From Octopus vulgaris (taxonomy: Eukaryota), in contig OX597822.1 of assembly GCA_951406725.2 (NCBI GenBank), positions 53,940,001 to 54,004,000 on the forward strand: 64,000 nucleotides of DNA. The letters are read 5' to 3'. Below the pieces are notes generated by a model that was not told where the DNA came from, ran no database searches, and worked only from the letters and a program-made list of their open reading frames with translations. Position numbers and translations under genes: made by a program. The stretch's first letter is position 1; every line of letters begins with the position of its first letter. Below, piece after piece: positions 53,029 through 64,000 of this stretch.

Positions 53029-53582
53029 TTGGGTTGTCCGGAAAGTTCGTGCCGAGTTTTAAAGGAAAGAAAAAGGTCAATAAATACTTGCCATTACATT
53101 TTTAATCAACCAAATATGAACCATTTTGTTGTACAATGCGTCTCCATCTTTCCTTTAACTCGGAAATACCCTATTCCCAGAATTGAGGTGGTTTCATGGC
53201 AAAGAATTCATCAAGGTATCTTTTTACGTCATCCAAGGAATTGAAATTTTTACCATTAAGACTATTCTTCAGAGACCTGAATAAGTGGAAATCCAAAGGT
53301 GAATATGGAGGGTAGGGTAACACATCCCAGCCGAGCTGCAGCAAGTTTTGTCTGGTTCCCAAAGCATGAAGTGTCGAAAATGAACTTTCTTATCTTCCAT
53401 TTTAAAGGGTTACAGAATTAACACAGGTTATAGGAACATAAACCTTCTTACACGAAAAGATAGCTTAAACTGTGCTCTAAATGGAGATGTAGTCAAATCC
53501 TATTGTATGGACTCAACCATGTTCTAAAATAAGTCGAAAGTTAAGCTACTATAAATCGGCACGAACTTTACGGACAACCTAA
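53029..53582 (-). mobile_element. Internally deleted mariner, second copy
   Basis: Same TIRs, TA TSD and deletion junction (ggttcccaaagcat) as 41083-41645. Confidence 0.9.
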
Positions 53583-53644
<62 letters not shown>

Positions 53645-53962
53645 AGACAGAAATATAACATGTGACTTCATTGACCGAGGTTACCGTGGTCTTTTCCGTA
53701 GGCTTTTCTTTCCACGGGTAAACCTCACCTGTCCTCCCCTTTACACTTCATATTGACATTTCTGTGATAACGATCCCTATTGATCAATTTTTTTCCTCTC
53801 CCCCTTTTTTAACCGCCCCTTTTTTTTGTCCTCTTTCTCTCCTTTTACGATCCCTTTTGATCGAACCCCCCCTTTTTTTTTCTTTTCTACCTTCAAAAGA
53901 AAAGCTCTACCTTGTAATTTGTTCTATCTGTGTGCAGCCCTGTGTGGCTAATAAAGAAACAT
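53645..53962 (+). mobile_element. Probable LINE 3' UTR fragment inserted in (TATC)n
   Basis: Pyrimidine-rich UTR with AATAAA at about 53950 directly before (TATC)n. The same microsatellite lies on the 5' side. Confidence 0.5.
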
Positions 53963-53975
53963 ATCTATCTATCTA

Positions 53976-54069
<94 letters not shown>

Positions 54070-54337
54070 AGTATGCGTGTGTGTGTGAGTGATAGTATCT
54101 GTATACGCGTGTATTTGAGTTTGAATTTGAAGTATGTGTGTGTGTGTGTGTATGTGTGTGTGAGTGTGTGTGTGGTAGTATCTGCGTGCCTGTGTATTTG
54201 TGCTTGTGTCAGTCATCAAGTAGGTCAGTGGCAGGCGTTGGATTCAGTCGAAGGAGGTGAAAAGTGTGTTAGTGTGTGGGTGTGTATGTGCTTGGATGTG
54301 TGCGTATGACGGAGTGGGAATATATGTGTGCGTGTAG

Positions 54338-54568
54338 GGCGGTGAGCTGGCAGAAACGTTAGCACGCCGGGCGAAATGCGTAGCCGGATTTCGACTGTCG
54401 GTACGTTCTGAGTTCAAATTCCGTCGAGGTCGAATTTGTCTTTCATCCTTTCGGGGTCGATTAAATAAGTACCAGTTACGCACTGGAGTCGATATAATCG
54501 ACTTAATCCGTTTTTCTGCCCTTGTTTGTCCCCTCTGTGTTTGGCCCCTTGAGGGTAGTAAAGAAATA
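54338..54568 (+). mobile_element. Family-B SINE
   Basis: Complete copy. Confidence 0.8.
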
Positions 54569-54692
54569 AATATTGTGTATGGTTTCATCTCTTCAGGCTC
54601 TCTAAACAGCAACCGTTCTCTGCAAAGAATGTTTTAAAACACAAGAACGCCGGTGATAGTTCAAGAAATAATCCTCTTCAAAAATATGGCCG

Positions 54693-55372
<680 letters not shown>

Positions 55373-56104
55373 CACACAGCCACTTCTGCGCCTATACAGT
55401 ATATGTGTGTGGTCGCGCGCGCGTGTGTGTATGCGTATGATTATATATTATACATATATACACACACATACATACAAGCACACACAAACACACGCAAGTT
55501 CGCACGCTCGCGCGCACGCAATGGACGACAAGACACCAGTATAAGCGAAGAGTAGATGGGCAACAAATCTGTTTTCAAATCTGTTCTGATTCTTGAAAAG
55601 CCAACGTCCTAATTAGAGGGAAAATAGTCCAGTGAAATAAGCGATGTCTATGAGAAACGCAAAGGTCGACGATCGAATATTAATAGAAAAACAAAAGATA
55701 GACAAACACTTATAAATGGCTGGAAATCAGTTATGTCACATTAACAAAAATATAAGTTAGAAGAAGAGATGACAGTCCTTGGAAGTTCTTTACAGTTGTT
55801 TCAAATAACTTTGTTACTGGCTGATGCAATTATGTGCATTATGCAAACGTTTGCGCATAATGACAGAACAATGCAGAACAAGACAATTACACACACACAC
55901 ACACACACAAACATACAAAATACATACATATATAAAGATATATGTGTACATACACATACAATACACATACATATATAAACATATATAAATGCATGCACAC
56001 GCACACAAATATTCATGTCCTGATGGTATCAACAAATGTATCTATCACTTAATCTGTCTATCTATAAATGTGTGTGTATGTATGCATCTATGTATATAAG
56101 TATA

Positions 56105-56163
<59 letters not shown>

Positions 56164-56167
<4 letters not shown>

Positions 56168-56356
56168 AGAGTTTACGAAAAAAAAACCAAAAGACGAAGA
56201 CAGGTGGTGTACAAAACAAACAGAATTATTAGTATAACGCTCAGGAATAGAAAAGGTCTTTTACGTTTTGAGCCTACGCTCTTCTTCAGAAATTGACGCA
56301 GAAAAAAACAAGGAGAGAAAAAAATGTGTGTAGTGGCTAACGATCTATCATGGCGA
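56164..56356 (-). mobile_element. ~190-bp hammerhead-bearing element just inside the aquaporin intron
   Basis: Reverse-complement copy of 22335-22523. Minus strand reads TTT-CTGAAGA-AGAGCGTAGGCTC-AAAA-CGTA-AAAG, with GAAA changed to AAAA. Confidence 0.7.
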
Positions 56357-56410
56357 CATATATATGTATTTTTGTATAAAGAGATAATATAAGAATGGAA
56401 TGTTACTTAC

Positions 56411-57079
56411 AGCAGCAAACATGTTAAGTGATACTATAAGACCAATGTGCAGTGGAACAGATCCGATAGAATCTTTACGGCCTTTATCAACGGCTGCCAA
56501 AATTCCAAAGAGGAGCAAGAATGTAATCAACAGTTCCATTATCATAGCGTGTACATCACTAACTCCAGGTCCAGGGCCAACAACTCCGAAAGTTTGGTAC
56601 ATAGTAGACGGCGCTACAGTACGTATGACAGCCGCTCCTACAACGGCTCCGAGCATCTGAGCTAATGTGTAAAATATGCAACGGATCCAACTAATGTCAC
56701 CCACTATCGCGAATCCTAGACTGACAGCGGGGTTAACGTGACCTCCACTTATATGGCCCAAAGTACCGATGATAATAGTGATGAAAATGCCCGATTCAAT
56801 ACAAGGAAAAAGCAATCCATTCGGTGGAGCATTCTCATCGTTCATATTTGCACCAACTGCGAAACAGACGAGAAAAGCGGTTCCAAGAAATTCTGCTATT
56901 ACCGCTCGCCAAAATACTGGCTGTTTTATATCTTCAATTTCTTCCATCAGGAATCTTTTGCAATTCTCGGCTAGATGATTTGTATGTTTGTTCACTGCTG
57001 TCTGGAAATGAGATTGCTTGTCTTGTCTAAGGTTCTCAGAAGATTCGGGATCAGTCGAGGTAGCTTGATAATTATCCAT
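56411..57079 (-). CDS. Aquaporin (MIP family, AQP1/AQP4-like backbone), first coding exon, copy A (TM1-TM5, 223 codons)
   Basis: ATG at 57079. Motifs FWRAVIAEFLG, HISGGHVNPAVS (NPA1), YTLAQMLGA, ELLITF, DKGRKD. Ends ...NMFAA followed by a GTAAGT donor (56410-56405), phase 0. No stops or frameshifts. Confidence 0.95.
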
Positions 57080-57142
57080 TAAATCTCAGGCATTTGAAAT
57101 TTTGGTAAGAAAAACCAATTGTATATAAATAGTTGAATAATG

Positions 57143-57361
57143 TTTTCAAATGATTGTTCACTTTAAAAATATAATTAGATATGAAGCTTAAATATTTCAC
57201 TTGCGCTTCTTTTCTTTTCCTGTCATAAAATACGGGACGGCTGTCGTGGTTTTCCGACGTAACAGCTTTATTAACTGCCTGAACAAGTGTCACATATCTG
57301 AATAACGCCTGCTCTGAGCCTCTCAACTTCTGCTATGCATGTTTAGCGCAGCCAATCAACG
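57143..57361 (-). promoter_or_regulatory. Putative promoter/5' UTR of aquaporin exon A
   Basis: Collinear blocks shared with the region upstream of exon B: tgttcacttt...tatgaa...tcactt (57143-57210), tttattaactgcc (57267-57279, TATA-like on minus), agccaatcaacg (57350-57361, CCAAT box). Confidence 0.55.
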
Positions 57362-58211
57362 CACCGCGCAAAAAATATCAATGCTGATGTATATGTTTAT
57401 GTATGTATTTCCTTATCAAACTTCATTAAATTCAGGGCAGCTAATTACTCTTCTATTTCTCAAGGAATTAAAGAACAAACTAATAAAAAAGAAAAAAAAA
57501 ATTAATACAAAAACGACACTCCCTCCTCTCTCTCTCTCTCCACACATGTACACACAAACACACACACAAACAAATACACATATGTAAGTATAAATGTTTA
57601 CATACAATCATACACACATGTATAGAGATAAGTAAATGTGTGTGTATGCGTGCGTCTGAACATGTGTTACTGTGCGTTGTGTTAATACAATATATAAAAC
57701 ATTTAGAAAACAAAGCAATTTAGGGCGAAAAATACCCCGTTGAGAAGTGATATTTCACTAACCTAACTCTGGATTAAAGCACAAACAAAGCAATTTTTTT
57801 TATCAAATGTCAGGTATTTTCTTTGCTCCAATTTCAAATATCATTAAATTCTTATCAAAAGGCAAGTTTAGGGTTGCACAGGCCTTATGGGTTACAATGA
57901 AACCATGTTGTCTCTTTCTTTATAAGGTCTCTGCATAGACATGACAACTCCCTTTTGCTTTAAGTACCAATGTAGGCAGATTGACATTCTTAACCTTCAA
58001 GGATTTCTCTATTTAACCCTATAAATTACAGTGTTGGGTGGAGGGGCGGTTGAAGTTATCAGTGAAATGACATCACCATATCGCTGTTTCGTTTCCAAGA
58101 TGAAATGTTGAGCTACACTTACCACTATCACGAATACTTTTGGGAAAGAGATAAGCATCACAACTTCTAGTTTTCTCTCTTTAGAATATTCCAGGGTTTA
58201 GAATATTCTAA

Positions 58212-58444
58212 GGCGGCGAGCTGGCAGAAACGTCAGCACGCCAGGCGAAATGCTTAGCGGTATTTCGTCTGCCGTTACGTTCTGAGTTCAAATTCCGCCG
58301 AGGTCGACTTTGCCTTTCATCCTTTCGGGGTCGATTAAATAAGTACCAGTTACGCACTGGGGTCGATATAATCGACTTAATCCGTTTGTTTGTCCTTGTT
58401 TGTCCCCTCTGTGTGTAGCCCCTTGTGGGCAGTAAAGAAATAAG
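58212..58444 (+). mobile_element. Young family-B SINE with TSD
   Basis: agaatattccagggttta is duplicated on both sides. Confidence 0.85.
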
Positions 58445-58699
58445 AATATTCCAGGGTTTATATCATTTATCTTTTACTTGTTTCAGTGCTTGGACTGCGG
58501 CCATGATGGAGCACCACCTTGAAGGTCTAGTTGAACAAATCGACACCTGTAGACATTTAAAAAATATTCTGGTACTTATTCTATCGGTCTCATTTGCCAA
58601 ATTGCTAATTTACAGGGACGTAAATTAATCAACACCTGTTGTCAAATGGTGATGGAGGACAAACACAATCACAAAAACAAACTCATACACATGTACATA

Positions 58700-58759
58700 C
58701 TTGTATGTATGTATGTATGTATGTATGTATGTATGTATGTATGTATGTATGTATGTATG

Positions 58760-58793
<34 letters not shown>

Positions 58794-59342
58794 TGTATGT
58801 ATGTATGTATGTGTGTGTATGTATGTATGTATGCATATATGAATGTATGTTTGTATGTATGTATGTATGTATGTGTATGTATTTATGTTTGTATGTATGT
58901 ATGTGTATGTATGTTTGTATGTATGTGTGTGTGTATGTATGTATGTGTGAGTATGTATGTATATGTGTGTATGTATGGATGTATGTATGTATTTATGTTT
59001 GTATGTATTATGTATGTGTGTATGTGTGTATGTATGTATGTACGTATGTATGTGTCATAATTCAGTTTTATTTCAAGATTTTTTGCCAATAGAGAAAGAG
59101 CCGGTTTCTAACCTAGATCCAAGGCTCCTTCATTGGAATTTCAACATCAACAACAGAGTATTTTTGTATGTATGTATGTATGTATGTATGTATGTATGTA
59201 TGTATGTATGTATGTATGTATGTATGTATGTATGTATGTATGTATGTATGTATGTATGTATATATGTATGTATGTATGTATGTATGTTTGCATGTATGTA
59301 TGTATTTTTGTATGTATGTATGTATGTATGTATGTATGTATG

Positions 59343-59374
<32 letters not shown>

Positions 59375-59440
59375 CATGTATGTATGTATGTATGCATGTA
59401 TGTATATATGTATGTATGTATGCATGTATATATATGTGCA
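58700..59440. repeat. (TATG)n microsatellite field
   Basis: Long imperfect TATG arrays. Confidence 0.9.
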
Positions 59441-61484
59441 GATTTGTATGTTTTGTTTTATGTATGTATTCTCATGCATATATTTGCATATCTAGACATG
59501 CTCATATATATTTAAATGATAAACTTCTGGAAACTTTTACAAATTTTTACAGTTCCAGTGATGGATTGGGTCTGTAGTATTCGAATTAGCTTTCTCCTTT
59601 CTGGTTTTGAGAAGTCATGTTTCTCAAGATTGGTATTTAGGCATTGTGTTACATACCTCAGGGCTCCAATGTACGTATGTATGTTTCTTCTATTTTTTAA
59701 TTATTATAAATCTTCCAATGAGGAAGGAGCCAGTTTCCAAGAAAGATACAAGGGATGTAGTTAACACAGACAAATTTATATTTGGAATTTGAGAAAAGTC
59801 TTGCATATTTTTACTGTTTCACTCACAGATTGCACGTGTAATGTACGAATTAGCTGGTCGATTTCTCTTTCTGAAAATCCCAGTTTATCCATGTGTGTGT
59901 GTATGTGTGTGTGTGTGTGTGCGCACGCGTGTGTGTGTGTGCGTATGCGCACGCCTTTGTGTCTGTGTTTGTCCGCCCACCACTTGATAACCGGTGTTGG
60001 TGTGTTTACGTCCCTGTAAACTAGCGGCTCGGCAAAAAAAGACCGATAGAATAAGTACCAGGCTTAAAAAAATAACTACCGGTGTCGATGCATTCGACTA
60101 AAATCTCCCAAGGTGATGTCCCAGCATGGCCACAGTCAAATGACTGAAACAAGTAGAAAATAAAAGATAATGTGTAAAATGGGAAAAGGAAGTATTAAGG
60201 TGCGCCATTATAACAACGAGCTATTTCAGTGAGTTCTTCGGGAACTTGTCATGGAAATTTTCTGTGATATTTTCTCAGCATACAAAGGTATTTTTTCTCA
60301 ATGTATCTCTTTGATCAACGCTTGGGCGTAAGCAATATAGAACTATTGACTGATTCTTATTTAAACAGAATCTGTTTATTAAACATTTTTGAATACATCC
60401 TCGGCAACCGAGAAGAAAGAAAAGATTTCGCTGTAGAAGAGGTGTACCGGAGCGACGGAAAAAAAAATCACTTCACATAAGAGGTCAAATTAATTAGCAA
60501 TAACGAAAAATAGGTCAACAATTCCCATTAAATAAATGTTAAGTAATAAATTAAGAACGTTTTATGTGTCAGCTAGCATCTTGTGTTCATATTTTTTACA
60601 CTTAGAAGTTCACTTCAGACTAACAGTTGAACGAATGTGTAGAAGGGAGAAAAATTTGTGAATGAATTTGATAAATTTGATTGCTGTAATAAGCGAGAAC
60701 TTATGTTTCGGACATGTCTCTTCGTATGAGACAGACCCATTGCCAAACTTCGGTGGCTGGGGGTGCTTCAGAATATTTTTGGAGGGCACTAGTTTATATT
60801 GTGGGAAGATTTTTGTAAACTGTATTTTCTAAATCTGAGGTTGCACCATTGAATAGCGAGGGAGCAGTACCGTCCAGTGCATCTCCTTAGCGACGGGTAT
60901 GTTAGTTAGACTTCTCGGAAATATATTGCAGGAAGATTTTTGTAAACTGTATTTTCAAAATCTGAGAGTGCACAATTGAATAGTGAGGAGTTGCGGTGCC
61001 GTCCAGTGCTCCCAACGACATTGCCTGTGAGATAGGAGAAAGAAATATGTGTTACTATTTTGTGTTGTAGACAAATCAAATGCTCCAAAACGTTAGTAGA
61101 TGTAGAGAAGTAGGCAGAAGTGGCTGAGAAAGAGAGTGGGAGGGATACGAAAATGTGAAAGCAATTTGTCTGACGCGCTGACAATTCTGCTTACACGCCA
61201 TCTTAATAATAATAATGATACTTTAATTGCAATATTATAGTAATAATACTATAGTAATAATACTATAATTACAATGCCTGATATTTTTGGAGACAAGAAC
61301 TAGTCGATTACATCGACCCCAGTACTTGACTGTTACTTATTATATCGATTTGAAAAGTTGAAAGCCGAAGTCGACAGAATTTGAACTCAGAACATAAAGA
61401 CGGACAAAATGTCACTAAGTTTTTCGCCCAACGCTAACGGTTCTGCCAGCTCACCGCCTTCTTTCACCGCTTTTTATCGCTACC

Positions 61485-61537
<53 letters not shown>

Positions 61538-61725
61538 CCTGTCTGCTATAGGTACAAGAAGGCCTGAAATTTTTTGGGAGATGGGTTAGTCGATTACATT
61601 GACTCCAGTACTTGAATGGTACTTGTCTTAACGAAAGCCAAAGTCGATCACGGTAGGCTTTGAACTCAGAGAGTAAAAACGGACGAACTGCCGTTAAGCA
61701 TTTTGAAGGGTGTACTAACGATTCT

Positions 61726-61957
61726 TATTTCTTTATTGCCCACAAGGGGCTAAACATAGAGGCGACAAACAAGGACTGACAAAGGGATTAAGTCGCTTAC
61801 ATCGACCCCAGTGCGTAACTGGTGCTTAATTTATCGACCCCGAAAGGATGAAAGGCAAAGTCGACCTCGGCGGAATTTGAACTCAGAACGTAACGGCAGA
61901 CGAATTACCGCTAAGCATTTCACTCGGCGTGCTAACGTTTCTGCCAGCTCACCGCCT
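61726..61957 (-). mobile_element. Young family-B SINE inserted into an older copy
   Basis: Complete copy. The TSD ggtgt(a/g)ctaacgattct is at 61709-61725 and 62084-62100. Confidence 0.85.
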
Positions 61958-62544
61958 TATAACACAGACAAGTTTATATTTGGAATTTGAGAAATGTCTT
62001 GCATATTTTTACTGTTCCACTCACAGATTGCACGTGTAATGTACGAATTAGCCGGTCGATTTCTCTTTCTGAAAATCCCAGCAGGTGTGCTAACGATTCT
62101 ATCACCTCGTCGCCTTAATAATAATAATCCTTTCTGTTCTAGGAACAAGGTATGGCATTTTAGAGGAGGGGCTAGTCAATTACATCGACCCCAGTGCTTA
62201 ACTGGTACTGATTTCATCAACATCCGAAATGATGTAAGGCAAAGTCTATCTCTCGACGAAATTTGAACTCAGAATGTAAAGATGGATGAAATGCCCCCAA
62301 GTACTTTTTCCGTCGCGCCAGTGATTCTTCCAGCACGCCCGCCTATATTATATTAATATATTCTGTCATTTTTAGGATTGCCAGATATTTATGCTTCTTC
62401 TGTGCTTAATGATTTTATATTCTTACCATTAAATAGATCGATTCCAGTACTTTTAATAGGTCTTCTCTGCTTCATATTTACCATAGCATATTTCTCAATT
62501 CCGAACGTCATTCCAATGCGTTTCTAAATACTATTACTGTTCGT

Positions 62545-62790
62545 ACTAAGGAGTTACAGAAATGAATGAAAAACCTTAGTAAAGAATATTTTTGCAGAAT
62601 GAAGATTTGAAAATCTAAATTGAATGCAGCAAACGAGCAATCAATGCGAAGGCATAACCCCAATAAGGTATGGAGCAGGAACTTTTAAGTAGAGAAAGGA
62701 TACGCTGAAGGATATCGACAAGAAAACAAGGAAGCAGTTTCCAATGAACAGAATCATTAATCTACAATATTGTAGATACAAGAATAAAAA
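62545..62790 (+). mobile_element. Decayed R4/Dong-like LINE RT-thumb fragment
   Basis: KEYF.RMK..KSKLNAAN..AINAKA...IRYGAG...LKDIDKKTRK, matching the KSKLNxxN..AIN..A...RYGAG...IDRKTRK pattern. Confidence 0.6.
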
Positions 62791-63195
62791 TAAGTAACAC
62801 TCCTTTAAGGAGTTAATACGCGAAGGACTATTTACAGACGTTGTGCAACTCAAAAAGAGAAAACGGGAATGTGTAGAAAAGATGAAATCAAATTTTCAAG
62901 GAAAGAAGCTTTATTCATTTTTATTTTTTTAGAAAGGTCAAAGTTGGCTATGCTTAAAGAAAGAAGCGTTGAAGAAAATGACTGAGGGAATGATTTTTTG
63001 TGGGAGGAAAAAGTAGGGCTTTGGTTATGCCTTTTTCTCCTCCACTTCCGAAAACCGTATTGGAGGTGTAGGAATTTAGTGATAGACGAAAAAACACAAT
63101 CCATATAACACCAGAGAACGAGTGGGATCCTTTAAGTAGCATGACATTTTGTTCAACGCAGTAACGATTCTGTCAATCCGCTAAATATAAAAATA

Positions 63196-63968
63196 CTAGC
63201 AGTATCGCCCGGCGTTGCTCGGGTTTGTTTCGACCCTTTAGAATTGGAATTCTTGAAAAGTAAAAAAAAATTGCATTATGTAGCTTGTTATTCTCTTTAA
63301 GTGAACATTTTTCTGGTTGAAATACACCGAAAAATGGCGACACCGCAGTCAAAAAATCGTAAAAAATAGGGATTTTCATAGAAAAATAAGCACCTTTTTG
63401 ATGTATATAATTTTTGGTGTTAACATGGTCCGATTTGAATTTTTTCTTCTACGGAAGGAAGAGCAAGCCTTCTTCTATCATACATTCCATTTTGGTCAAC
63501 TTGCGCCGCAGGGTCTCGGAGGAGACAGTGTTAGTTGAAGGCTACCAAACCCGCCATACACAGACAACTTCAGCTTTATATATATAGAGATGACATTTTG
63601 TTCAACGCAGTAACGATTCTGTCAATCCGCTAGAATATAAAAATACTAGCAGTATCGCCTGGCGTTGCTCGGGTTTGTTTCGACCCTTTAGAATTGGAAT
63701 TCTTGAAAAGTAAAAAATTACACAGCAGTCAAAAAATCGTAAAAAATAGGGATTTTCATAGAAAAAAAAGCACCTTTTTGATGTATATAATTTTTGGTGT
63801 TAACATGGTCCGATTTGAATTTTTTCTTCTACGGAAGGAAGAGCAAGCCTTCTTCTATCATACATTCCATTTTGGTCAACTTGCGCCTCAGGGTCTCGGA
63901 GGAGACAGTGTTAGTTGAAGGCTACCAAACCCGCCATACACAGACAACTTCAGCTTTATATATATAGA
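63196..63968 (-). mobile_element. Two tandem non-autonomous Helitron-like elements (63196-63590 and 63646-63968)
   Basis: Each minus-strand copy begins TCTATATATATAAAGCTG and ends CCCGAGCAACGCC(G/A)GGCGATACTG-CTAG-T. The second copy has an internal deletion of about 70 bp. Confidence 0.75.
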
Positions 63969-64000
63969 TATATATATATATATACATTCCGAAGTAGAAT

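Noticed and set aside
56348-56410. ORF read-through tails (VSNIPF..., VSIALL...) as real C-termini of single-exon truncated aquaporins
   Set aside because: Similarity between the paralogues stops exactly at a consensus GTAAGT located at a conserved intron position, so the tails are intron sequence.

Overview
AT-rich eukaryotic DNA dominated by microsatellites and transposons. The repeat landscape suggests an octopus or other coleoid cephalopod (inference). Most six-frame ORFs are microsatellite translations. The only host coding sequences I can support are two intact, paralogous aquaporin (MIP) exons on the minus strand, at 57079-56411 and 25711-25091, about 73% identical in amino acids. Each has its own ATG and a homologous upstream region, encodes TM1-TM5 with the first NPA, and ends at the same phase-0 GTAAGT donor. 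I found no exon carrying the second NPA or TM6 between them or in the 25 kb downstream. This fits a tandem array of variable first exons spliced to shared constant exons (UGT1A or clustered-protocadherin-like), which is the main lead. Both exons also have non-canonical ar/R filter residues. The rest of the window holds a decayed Ty3/gypsy element (LTR, tRNA-Trp PBS), a pogo-like DD35D transposon, mariner and maT derivatives, Tc2-like and Merlin-like MITEs, Helitron-like elements, LINE fragments and several SINE families. It also contains about 10 Penelope-type minimal hammerhead ribozyme motifs, one of them fully canonical. All calls are from reading by eye; no searches were run.
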